DNA of 24,000 nt from Promethearchaeota archaeon (GCA_048938445.1 JBHLME010000003.1:26293-50292); one strand, 5' to 3'. Numbered from the stretch's first letter, positions 8,870 through 17,682 are shown. Notes: generated by a model from the sequence alone, not told the origin. Numbers and translations: made by a program.

Positions 8870-9619
8870 TTAAAATCCCACCTCCTCTTTTAATAAAACA
8901 GTTCCCGCCGCTTCATTAAATTCAATCGGTCCTCCTTCACTGACTATGTCTCGAAGGATCTGTTTTGCTTTAGCTTCAGGAAGGTCAATACCAATACAGA
9001 GTGGTTTTATTTCTGTTTGAGTCCCAGGAATTAATGCTTTAATTAACGTTAGGTGTTGAGTTTTGATATAGTTCATTTTTATAAGAGCTTTTATTGAAGC
9101 AACCCTATGACCAAAAGAACTGAGATAATTTTCTTTTTTCTCGAGTTCTTCTCTGAGAATTGATTCAAGATTTTGTAATCTTTCAGCAAATTTTTTATCT
9201 TCCTTAATTGCTTCGTGAACTGCATCGTCTAATTCATTTAATCTAGCTGTTCTTGTTTCCAATTCTTCTTTTTTAGTCTTAATTTTTTCATTCATGTCGG
9301 TTAATTCATTTTGAGCTGTTTGTATTTTATCAAGTAATCCTTGGCGTTCTTTGGTTAGTTCATTATTTTCTTCCTCTAATTTAGCAATATCTCTTTCATC
9401 TTGAGCAATTTTATTTTTCAGTGAATTAATCTCGTCTTTATTTGCTTCTTTTTTGTTTAAATTTGCTGTTTTTTGTTCCTCATAACTTGCAACGAGGTTT
9501 AATAGATTATTCGGTGATTCTAATATTTTTGGAATGGAATCAGTATTGATTGCTTGAAGCTCTTCAAGAACAGAAATGATCTTTTTAAGATTTGATTTTG
9601 TATCTGTTAGTTCTGACAA
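8870..9619 (-). CDS. coiled-coil protein with C-terminal winged-helix-like domain (same architecture as the downstream gene)
   Basis: A long coiled-coil segment (EINSLKNKIAQDERDIAKLEEENNELTKERQGLLDKIQTAQNELTDMNEKIKTKKEELE...) is followed by LTLIKALIPGTQTEIKPLCIGIDLPEAKAKQILRDIVSEGGPIEFNEAAGTVLL (wHTH-like). Confidence 0.65.
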   Translation of the reverse strand: MSELTDTKSNLKKIISVLEELQAINTDSIPKILESPNNLLNLVASYEEQKTANLNKKEANKDEINSLKNKIAQDERDIAKLEEENNELTKERQGLLDKIQTAQNELTDMNEKIKTKKEELETRTARLNELDDAVHEAIKEDKKFAERLQNLESILREELEKKENYLSSFGHRVASIKALIKMNYIKTQHLTLIKALIPGTQTEIKPLCIGIDLPEAKAKQILRDIVSEGGPIEFNEAAGTVLLKEEVGF

Positions 9620-9770
9620 TATAAATACCTCTTATATCGAAATTTTTATAAAATTAAGTATGAAATTTAAAAAAATAGTAAAATAAGTTGTATATATATC
9701 TTCTTAAAACAAATTATTTTAAAATAAGGATATGATTCGTTCGATTGGTAAATGATTATAAAATTAGAGA

Positions 9771-10043
9771 TTATTCCCTTTTATTTCTACGAGCAATATC
9801 TTTTAAATATAATTTCATGAAATATCTTTCTGAATTACAGTAATCTAACCGTTGCGATGTTGTCAAATCTTGATATTTTTGTAGAGTCTTATGCAACTTT
9901 CTTAAAATTAAAAGATTATCATTTAAAGGATTTTTCCAATTTTCTTTTAAATAACTTGATAACTCCTCATCTATTTCATTTAATCTTGATAAGCTAGATT
10001 CCTTTATATTCAGTTCTTTCCTATCAGGTATTCTTATACTCAT
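9771..10043 (-). CDS. small hypothetical helical protein
   Basis: A 90 aa ORF with no overlap with other genes. It is predicted helical and has a basic C-terminus (ARRNKRE). No family recognised. Confidence 0.4.
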   Translation of the reverse strand: MSIRIPDRKELNIKESSLSRLNEIDEELSSYLKENWKNPLNDNLLILRKLHKTLQKYQDLTTSQRLDYCNSERYFMKLYLKDIARRNKRE

Positions 10044-10400
10044 TTATTCTCAAGAATTAGAACAATTATTTTTTGGCATCATAATTCTGGGATAAAACTA
10101 TATGAAAGATATAAAATGTTTAATTTGAAAGAAAGTAATATTTATGTAATATATGGGCAATCGATAGTAATGAAATTTAAACATAAAAACTGAAATTTAT
10201 TTAGTCTTTAAAAAATATTTCATAAAAAAAAGCTATATATAATGGAAGAATTAAGGATAATTAGTTTGGAGAAAAAATCTTATTTTTTATGATTCTCAAT
10301 ATAATTATTTATCCATTGGAGGGAAGAATTTAACATAATTAATTACATTACTTCTGTAAATTTCATTGAAATTAAGTTAAAAAAAAGTAAAAATTAGAAA

Positions 10401-11150
10401 TTAAACATTCCATCCTTTTTTCTTCAATATATAGTTTTTTATACGTTCAGGCAAAGCAAAGGTAATATATAAACCGAACATTGCAACAACATAGAGAGCT
10501 CTACTAATGAATAAAAAAATCGCTATTTTAAATGAAAATTCAAATACTGAAGCTATATTTGAAACAATCAAATAGAATAAAAAAGTTATACCCTTTAGTT
10601 TTACTACTGGATTTTCCGTTTTTAGAGAGTTTACGATAAAAATCACTCCTGTAATGATAAAGATAAATGTAAATATAATTACAGGGATATAATAAATTGG
10701 TGCAAAATCCAATTCAAAATCAGGTGTGTAACCCGTGCCAAAAAGATGTCTCTGTCCTAATATTATTACGATTAAAGTAAAACAAAGATAAATCGCAATA
10801 TATGCAATATAAATCCCCACAATAATTTTTTGTTTTTCCTTATAGAGGAGGTTAGTAAAAAGTAGTAACCATGCTGTAATTCCAACTGCACTAAAGATAA
10901 ATAGTATCAAAAAATCAAGTTCAGGTAAAATATCGATACCACTTAACATGTAAAAAAAATAATTTATCGCAGAAATGTAGGAAAAAATAGCAAAAAAACT
11001 TATATATATCGCTACTAAAGCAATATTTTTATCCTTGATTTTGTAGGATTTATATAATAAATAGGTACTTGCAATGGTAAATAATATCACCTGTAGTATC
11101 GTTAACATTAAATTAATTTGTTGTATGTCAAGTATTCCAATACCGTCCAT
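10401..11150 (-). CDS. polytopic membrane protein (about 7 TM), unknown function
   Basis: The 249 aa consist almost entirely of about seven hydrophobic helices with short loops and no soluble domain. Confidence 0.6.
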   Translation of the reverse strand: MDGIGILDIQQINLMLTILQVILFTIASTYLLYKSYKIKDKNIALVAIYISFFAIFSYISAINYFFYMLSGIDILPELDFLILFIFSAVGITAWLLLFTNLLYKEKQKIIVGIYIAYIAIYLCFTLIVIILGQRHLFGTGYTPDFELDFAPIYYIPVIIFTFIFIITGVIFIVNSLKTENPVVKLKGITFLFYLIVSNIASVFEFSFKIAIFLFISRALYVVAMFGLYITFALPERIKNYILKKKGWNV

Positions 11151-11385
11151 TTTTTTTTCATTCCAAATTTTTTATTTTTTTATATTTTAACTATTCCTTC
11201 AAAAAATAATTCAATTGTTTTATTAATAAATTGATAATATTATTTAAAATGATTAATATAAAAAAATATTCCCAAAATCTATGATTTTTTCAACGAATCT
11301 TCGTGAAAAATGAATAAACCTAAATTTTAAATATGTTATAGATCATTACTAGAATAATTCAAACATCTAAATTTGGTTTTTTTTC

Positions 11386-12249
11386 TTGATTTCTTCTGAT
11401 GATTTATCAGTTAAAATAGTAGTTCGCTGTCCAATCTGTAATACTAAAGGTCAAATGAATATTGAAAAAAACATTATTGATCAAAATACAAAGGGAATTA
11501 CGGCAATTAATGTTGCAGAAAATCTCATATGTGAACATTCATTTGTAACCTATGTTGATAAAAATCTCGTCATAAGGGATTCATTCGTTTGTGATTTTAA
11601 GGTTGAAATACCCGAGATTGAGGATCCCGAATTAGAAAGATTTGAAGCACCAAACCTTTTTGATATAAGCATTATAAAATTAAATTTAATGCCTTCAGTA
11701 CTCGCTAAGTTAATTAAAGCGATACTTTTAGGAGAAAAAATTGTTTATATCTCAGATCAAGAACATTTAAATGAGCATTATCTTAAGTTTTTACAATATA
11801 TCTTTGGAGACACTTTTAATATAGAAATAATTTTTCTCCCACTTAGAGAATATAAGAGAAGTTCTAAAGATTATCGAGAATATTTCGTTTTAAATGGAAA
11901 TAACATTCTAAGAGATAATAATAAAATAATTGAACAAGCAAAATTGAAGATTGAAAACTCTATTGTACAAAAATTTTTTAGGGATTATGATGATATTTCG
12001 AGTTTAATCCTCTTTAAAAATGAAATCAATAAAATTGAACGAATAATACATCAAATACTCAAGTATCATAAATCGCAAAAAGAAGGACAAGAATTTAGGA
12101 CACCAGAAGCTATTTCTTATTTGAATAACATTTATAAAATTAATATACCACTTTCTTACTTTAACTTCTTATTAGACATCATTGAATCTTACTTTGTTTT
12201 GGACTTAAATAGGCCCTCAAAAATGACTGACTTTTTAGGGTTACTCTAA
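11386..12249 (+). CDS. Zn-ribbon-like N-terminus plus uncharacterised alpha/beta domain (possible DENN-core-like)
   Basis: CPIC...(30 aa)...CEH forms a putative metal-binding knuckle pair. The central segment is LMPSVLAKLIKAILLGEKIVYISDQEHLNEHYLKFLQYIFGDTFNIEIIFLPL. The track start is TTG, and the first in-frame ATG (11455) would remove the CPIC motif, so a non-ATG start is likely. Confidence 0.55.
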   Translation: MISSDDLSVKIVVRCPICNTKGQMNIEKNIIDQNTKGITAINVAENLICEHSFVTYVDKNLVIRDSFVCDFKVEIPEIEDPELERFEAPNLFDISIIKLNLMPSVLAKLIKAILLGEKIVYISDQEHLNEHYLKFLQYIFGDTFNIEIIFLPLREYKRSSKDYREYFVLNGNNILRDNNKIIEQAKLKIENSIVQKFFRDYDDISSLILFKNEINKIERIIHQILKYHKSQKEGQEFRTPEAISYLNNIYKINIPLSYFNFLLDIIESYFVLDLNRPSKMTDFLGLL

Positions 12250-12513
12250 AATATTTTACGATGATGCTTTTTTAATCTACTACAAGTTTTGTTCAACCTT
12301 AAAGACATTCTTTGGTTTTTTATTGAAATATAAATATTTTTAGTGTAGGGTATATCATATATGCCACTAAAATTAGGTTATAAAGTGTTTTTAAAAATAG
12401 TTAAAAGTCTTACATATGAAATTTTACATTTTTTATCTAAAAATAAAATTAAAAGAAAGTTATAATATATATAGACTGTCAAAAAAAATAAAGTATTTAG
12501 TCGTCAAGTTTCT

Positions 12514-13689
12514 ATGATCATTGAAGTCTTAATCTGTGCTGATATGGCATACAAAAGAAAAGCGTTGAGCACGTTCATTTCCTCAAATCCATACATGGTT
12601 ATCGTGAATATTGCACGAAATGGGATTGATGCCATGAAGATGGTAGAAAAATACTCACCAGACATCATGGTGCTTGATATTAAAAGTGATAACCTAAAAT
12701 TCTTATATGGATTTAAAGAATTAAATAAAAATCATATCCTTCCAACGATCTTTATCTTAGAGTATGATGATGATATCAATTCAATTGGAAATATTTTATT
12801 AAATTTAGATTTTAAAGAATTCTATTATGTAAGAAAACCTGAAGGAACTTACCAAGAGCAATACAAAGGGATAATCGATCCTTTGACCAATAAAATTCTT
12901 AAGATCACGAGAACGAAGTATAAAAAAATAGAAGAAAAAAAAAAGTATTTAAGAGAAACATTAAATCAACGAGATGACTTCTATTATAACAAATTCCAGA
13001 AAAAAGATACAGTAATAGATACAAGTCCCACGAAGATTGAAAAAGATGAGTCTAATGAGCTAGATCTCACTGATGTGTCTTTAACTCCTGATCTAGATAT
13101 CCATTTAGAAACAAATATAATTGTAATGGGTGCAAGTGTTGGTGGTCCAAAAACGTTTAGAAAAATTCTGAAAGAAATACCTCCTTCATTTCCTAGTCCT
13201 ATTTTATTAGTTCAGCATTTAGATCATTTTTTCATGCGTCAATTTGCCGTAAACCTTAAACGTGATTGTAATCTATCCGTTAAAATACCTCGAAATGGTG
13301 AACAAATAGAACCACAGACAATTTATGTTTCTCCAGGGGGATATCACATGGAGATAATAGTTCTAAGTAATAAACCATGTATAAGAATATTTGAAGGAGA
13401 ACCAGTGAATTTTTGTAGACCTTCCGTGGATGTACTTTTCAATTCAGCAGCTCGAGTATATAGAAATCACACATTAGGTATCCTTTTAACTGGTATGGGT
13501 AAAGATGGTGTTAATGGGCTCTTAGCAATAAAAAAAATGGGTGGAAAAACCATAGCAGAATCAGAGGAAACTAGTATTTTATATGGAATGCCTAAAATGG
13601 CAAAAGAAAGCAAAGCTGCAGATAACATTCTTCCCAATTACAAGATTAAAAATTATATGATTAATTTTGCTAAGAGATTACATGAATAA
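12514..13689 (+). CDS. cheB: CheB-like protein-glutamate methylesterase/deamidase with atypical receiver domain
   Basis: The C-terminal domain carries the CheB catalytic triad context: GASVGG (Ser208, 13135-13137), VQHLD (His235) and GMGKDG (Asp331, 13504-13506). The Ser-His-Asp spacing is 27/96 residues. The N-terminal CheY-like receiver retains VLDIKSD (Asp55) and RKP (Lys108), but has CAD in place of the DD acidic pair. Confidence 0.8.
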   Translation: MIIEVLICADMAYKRKALSTFISSNPYMVIVNIARNGIDAMKMVEKYSPDIMVLDIKSDNLKFLYGFKELNKNHILPTIFILEYDDDINSIGNILLNLDFKEFYYVRKPEGTYQEQYKGIIDPLTNKILKITRTKYKKIEEKKKYLRETLNQRDDFYYNKFQKKDTVIDTSPTKIEKDESNELDLTDVSLTPDLDIHLETNIIVMGASVGGPKTFRKILKEIPPSFPSPILLVQHLDHFFMRQFAVNLKRDCNLSVKIPRNGEQIEPQTIYVSPGGYHMEIIVLSNKPCIRIFEGEPVNFCRPSVDVLFNSAARVYRNHTLGILLTGMGKDGVNGLLAIKKMGGKTIAESEETSILYGMPKMAKESKAADNILPNYKIKNYMINFAKRLHE

Positions 13690-13718
13690 ACAGATTTAAA
13701 AATAATAAATAGCTTAGT

Positions 13719-14423
13719 ATGTATATGAAGTTGTATAAGATTAGTGAAGAGGGAACTCTAAACGAGGTTAATAAATTAGACTTCATAGAAGATGATGTTT
13801 ACATCGTAGATGATGATAAAACTATTTATATTTGGGTTGGGCTTAAGGTCCCTCAATCATTAAAAGATACAACAGCAAGCACTGCGCGTCAACTTGATAA
13901 AGAAAGGGGCGGAGCATCAAAAATATTAATCATGAAACAAAACCGGGAATATGGATCATTTTTAGCTATTATGTCTCAATTAAAAAAAGGCTTGAAAGCA
14001 GGGATTGACGTTGAACGGCGACCAGAATTAGAATTAGAACCTCCAGATGTAATTAAATGGTTAAATCAACTTAAAAAATATCGTAAAATTGCACCAGAAC
14101 TTAAATATGCTGTCTTTAGGGAAGGATACCCGGTAATTGAAGAGGAAGAAGTTCAAGAAGAACTTAATTTTGAAGAGCAAGTGAGAGTTGCCGCATATTA
14201 TCTATCTAAAGAGGATTATACTTATGATGAGTTATGCTGGATGCTTGCAGAACGAATTATGAAACAAATGACTCGATTAGCCTCAATTGAGGATATAAGA
14301 CTCAAAGCAGAAGAAGTCTTTAGATCTTCCAGTACATATGATGAACTATGTTGGTTAATTGGAGAACTTGATATTCTAAATAAATTCAATTTTTTTGAAG
14401 ATGAAATTACTCCTACCCTTTAA
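13719..14423 (+). CDS. gelsolin-domain protein with a roughly 140 aa C-terminal helical extension
   Basis: The N-terminal roughly 90 aa match the gelsolin/villin repeat pattern: KLYKISEEGTLNEVNKLDFIEDDVYIVDDDKTIYIWVGLKVPQSLKDTTASTARQLDKERGGASKILIMKQNREYGSFLAIM. The extension carries two QLKK motifs and two TYDELCW repeats. The gene starts 29 nt after the cheB-like stop. Confidence 0.75.
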   Translation: MYMKLYKISEEGTLNEVNKLDFIEDDVYIVDDDKTIYIWVGLKVPQSLKDTTASTARQLDKERGGASKILIMKQNREYGSFLAIMSQLKKGLKAGIDVERRPELELEPPDVIKWLNQLKKYRKIAPELKYAVFREGYPVIEEEEVQEELNFEEQVRVAAYYLSKEDYTYDELCWMLAERIMKQMTRLASIEDIRLKAEEVFRSSSTYDELCWLIGELDILNKFNFFEDEITPTL

Positions 14424-14855
14424 CGTTTTTAATATTCAAATGTTATACCAATTTATTTTTTCTATTTTCATTAAAAATTTTTAAAATTTCATCATATTCG
14501 AGATTTAATATAACTTTCAAAAAGATTATTTCTAAATAATTTGGTAGTATTAAAAGAATAAAAAAAAATGATTACAATTACTTTACAATTTTGTATATAG
14601 AAATTCAAGATAATTCATTACTTACTGTTTTTTTAAAAATGCTTCTTCCTAAATGTTTGAGATAAATAGTCTTCCTAAAGAAAATTATTAAAAAATGGTA
14701 CTGAGAGAACTAATCAAACAAAAGATGAATCCAACTCCCATTATTTGCTCTATACTTCATTTAGTCATTTTTCTTTTTTTTCAAGAAAAATTTGCGAAAA
14801 ACTTTTAATGACATTTAAATAGGAACTAGTGATAATTATATAATTGAGAGAAAAA

Positions 14856-17138
14856 ATGCCATGTTCAAGGAAAAATAAAAGTATTGCAATATTTATCTTT
14901 TTTTTATTGATTCTATGCTTAATTTTGTTTAGTAATGTCAGAATTTCATATGCGTTAGATAGTAGCGATTCTTTAATAGTCGATTTAAATTTCCTAACTC
15001 ATGAATTCTCTGATAAAAAAGAAACAATGAATAATGTAAGCGCGATTAATATTGAATTGCCCTCATCAACTTGGAATATTACCCAATTAGAAATTAATTT
15101 TACAAATATTGAATATTATAGCCGAGAGCTGAAAACTATTGAAGATTATCCAAATAGTGATGAATTTTTTGTAGACAAGCAAAACACAGAAGGAATTGGA
15201 GTTCAAATTAGTATAAATGAGATTACAACGATTTATGGTGCTTATCTTAATTTAAAGATATTAGATATCCATATGCATGATGAGCTATATGTTCGAATAA
15301 GAGGTTATGATTCATCAATCAATGCACCAAATAATACAATCTATGGAGAAGTAACTTTAAATAATACCATAATTGATGGTTGGAATTATCAGAACTTTTC
15401 ATCATCCATAAGACTCCCTAAAGGTAATTATTTTTTAGTACTGGAAGGATTTATTCAGGCGGAAGGTAAATATCATTGGTATTGTAATGATTTAAATCCT
15501 AATAATCCCAATTTATATATATCAAAAAAAAGCGGATCTGGTTGGAGCAATGGAATTCAAAATTCACCATTTTTATATAAATTAGATCAAGAGATAAAGA
15601 AGAATAATGCTACCCCAGAAGAATTCAATATGACTGCTGAAATAAATGAAGCATCTTATAATATCCTCAATGGTCCATATAATGGTTCTGGAACACTTAA
15701 TTTAAAAGCTATCAATTTTTCTCCTCAGGAGGAAATTTTTCATATTAATGTGAAACCAAACAAATTCTTCTTTAATTTGAGTTATTATATTAAATTGAAA
15801 AATCAATTCTATTCTAATGGTTTCGTTAATATAACGGAAAATCAAGATAATTTATGGAAAATTATTCCTGATATTAATAGGTGTAATTATAATTATAGCG
15901 TCAAGATTAAATTACCAAATAATTATTATGATTTAATGGTATTGAAAGACAGTGTAGATATTACTCTATCTGAGAGTATTTTGAATGATGGATATTTTTT
16001 ATATATATTGAATGATACCATTGATAATGATGTTAACTGGGAAATCATGGTAAAATCACCACAAATCGATTTAACTTTAGATCTCAGTAGAGGTACTGAA
16101 TTTGAATTAGGTAAAGAATTAATTTTTTCTGCCATAGCTCCAATTAGAGAAGGAAATTTTACCTTTATTGTTTATAATGAACTTGGAGCGGAATTGGAAC
16201 GAACTATAATACCTGTAGTTTTAGATGAAACTATTTATTCTTTCAATATAGAACCAACCGCTTCTCTTGGAGTTTGGTCCGTCTATATATATTGGAACAA
16301 TTATTATGAGGCTAGCGTTAAATCTCAAGAATTCACTATTATTCCCCCTTCCTCTGGCAGTTCCTCTCCGCTTGATCTAAATCCTATTCTAATAATTATA
16401 ATAGCTTTAATTTTAATTAGTGGTACAATAAGTGTTACTGGTTACCAAACTATAAAAAGAAAAAAGAGAGGAAGAGACTTAAAAATTAAGAAAATTTCAA
16501 ATAAATTTAAGGATATACTCAGTCTAAATTATTTAATGATTTCTGATATTAGATCTGGAGTAAATTTATTCGAACAATTCTATATGGGAAAATCAATGGA
16601 ACCAAGTCTAATTTCAGGATTTTTAGATGCTATAAAAAATTTTGGGATTGAATTAACCGGTTCTTATAGAAAAACTGAAACATTAACTCTGGATTATGAA
16701 GATTCAATAATTTTAATGAATGAATGTTCAAATTTCAGGTTAATTATAATAACTTCAGATAAACCTTCAGAGGAATTGACAAATTCAATCACTAATTTAG
16801 CAAATGAAATTGAAGAAAAATATGGGGATCAGATTCAAAAATTCAGTGGAGGACTAATAACTCAATTTAGAGGTATAAAAGAGTTAATAGAAAAGCATCT
16901 GAACGTTTCGTTTGCCTCTCCATTAAAAATAATTCAATCTACGAAAATAAAACTTGATGCTAGGGAAAAAGTAATCATAGAAAGAGCTAAAGAAATTATG
17001 AAACAAACTAATTTAAATTATTTTTATACAACATTTCTGATGCCTGATCAACAATTCGATCTTGGAACTACTAAAACCATATTTAATTTGATTGAAAAAA
17101 ATATATTTAAACCAATTAATTTAAATTTTAAAGAATGA
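14856..17138 (+). CDS. type-I single-pass membrane protein: large sequon-rich ectodomain, TM, cytoplasmic longin/roadblock-like domain
   Basis: The track start is TTG at 14844, but ATG 14856 (MPCSRKNKS...) is more plausible. A signal/anchor (IAIFIFFLLILCLILFSNVRISYA) is followed by a roughly 480 aa ectodomain with 15 N-x-S/T sequons. The TM segment is ILIIIIALILISGTISVTGY (about 16381-16443), followed by KRKKRGR. The cytoplasmic module (LNYLMISDIRSGVNLFEQFY...LISGFLDAIKNFGIEL...TLTLDYEDSIILMNECSNFRLIIITS...) has longin/roadblock-like beta-beta-alpha-beta-beta-beta-alpha order (about 16524-16850). Confidence 0.75.
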   Translation: MPCSRKNKSIAIFIFFLLILCLILFSNVRISYALDSSDSLIVDLNFLTHEFSDKKETMNNVSAINIELPSSTWNITQLEINFTNIEYYSRELKTIEDYPNSDEFFVDKQNTEGIGVQISINEITTIYGAYLNLKILDIHMHDELYVRIRGYDSSINAPNNTIYGEVTLNNTIIDGWNYQNFSSSIRLPKGNYFLVLEGFIQAEGKYHWYCNDLNPNNPNLYISKKSGSGWSNGIQNSPFLYKLDQEIKKNNATPEEFNMTAEINEASYNILNGPYNGSGTLNLKAINFSPQEEIFHINVKPNKFFFNLSYYIKLKNQFYSNGFVNITENQDNLWKIIPDINRCNYNYSVKIKLPNNYYDLMVLKDSVDITLSESILNDGYFLYILNDTIDNDVNWEIMVKSPQIDLTLDLSRGTEFELGKELIFSAIAPIREGNFTFIVYNELGAELERTIIPVVLDETIYSFNIEPTASLGVWSVYIYWNNYYEASVKSQEFTIIPPSSGSSSPLDLNPILIIIIALILISGTISVTGYQTIKRKKRGRDLKIKKISNKFKDILSLNYLMISDIRSGVNLFEQFYMGKSMEPSLISGFLDAIKNFGIELTGSYRKTETLTLDYEDSIILMNECSNFRLIIITSDKPSEELTNSITNLANEIEEKYGDQIQKFSGGLITQFRGIKELIEKHLNVSFASPLKIIQSTKIKLDAREKVIIERAKEIMKQTNLNYFYTTFLMPDQQFDLGTTKTIFNLIEKNIFKPINLNFKE

Positions 17139-17238
17139 ATATTAGAATTAGAGTAAATGTAATCAACAAATATTTTAATTGAAAAATCCTAGAATAATTA
17201 ATTTTACATCAAAAAATAATATAAAATAGTATTATATA

Positions 17239-17682
17239 ATGGACGAAATAATTTGGATTTATATCATTGATAAATCTGGAGCAACAATTTTTAGTTATGA
17301 AAATTATATCAAGGGAACTTCTCAAGTTAACCATGCTTTGTTATCTCATTTTATTCATGCGTTACAATCAGTTGCAAATAATATTAAAGAGGATGAAATT
17401 AAAGAAGTTCTTATAGATAAAAATAAATTCTTCCTAATTAAAGAAAAATTAACAAATTTTCTCTTTATTTTAAAAACTAAACTAAATACTGAATCTGAAA
17501 TTATTAATCCAATATTGAAAAAAATTAAAGATATGTTTATTGAAAGATTTGCAGGACATTTCACTTTGCCTATTCAAGAAAAGGTAAAGATTTTAAAATC
17601 TTTCAAGGAAGATGTTAAAAGAATAATTGAGGGTAAAAACAACGTGTCATCCTTGATTGATTCACTCTCAAGAATGAATTGA
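17239..17682 (+). CDS. small longin/roadblock-like domain protein
   Basis: In this 147 aa protein, IIWIYIIDKSGATIFSYEN (beta hairpin) is followed by the helix ALLSHFIHALQSVANNI, three strands (EVLIDKNKFFLIKEKLTNFLFILKT) and C-terminal helices. This is the secondary-structure order of longin/SNARE-like domains. Confidence 0.6.
   Translation: MDEIIWIYIIDKSGATIFSYENYIKGTSQVNHALLSHFIHALQSVANNIKEDEIKEVLIDKNKFFLIKEKLTNFLFILKTKLNTESEIINPILKKIKDMFIERFAGHFTLPIQEKVKILKSFKEDVKRIIEGKNNVSSLIDSLSRMN

Noticed and set aside
8141-9619. Idea that the coiled-coil/WH pair are ESCRT-III/CdvB-like (ESCRT-III plus C-terminal winged helix)
   Set aside because: The N-terminal regions look like generic long heptad coiled coils. 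They lack the short basic-to-acidic helical-hairpin organisation of ESCRT-III/Snf7 proteins, and no Vps4, CdvA or ESCRT-I/II genes are nearby. The call is left as unknown.
10401-11150. 7-TM protein as a possible microbial rhodopsin or 7TM receptor
   Set aside because: The only Lys near the last helix (FSFKIAIF) sits at the helix boundary rather than mid-helix, I recognise no other retinal-pocket signature, and there is no attached signalling domain. There is no basis for the call.
14695-14808. Unlisted 37-codon ORF (MVLRELIKQKMNPTPIICSILHLVIFLFFQEKFAKNF) in the 420-bp gap upstream of the receptor gene
   Set aside because: It has a hydrophobic stretch that could be a mini-TM, but ORFs this short are expected by chance. 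There is no RBS, and it overlaps the likely promoter of the downstream gene (TTTAAATA at about 14814-14821). It is not supportable without conservation or Ribo-seq data.
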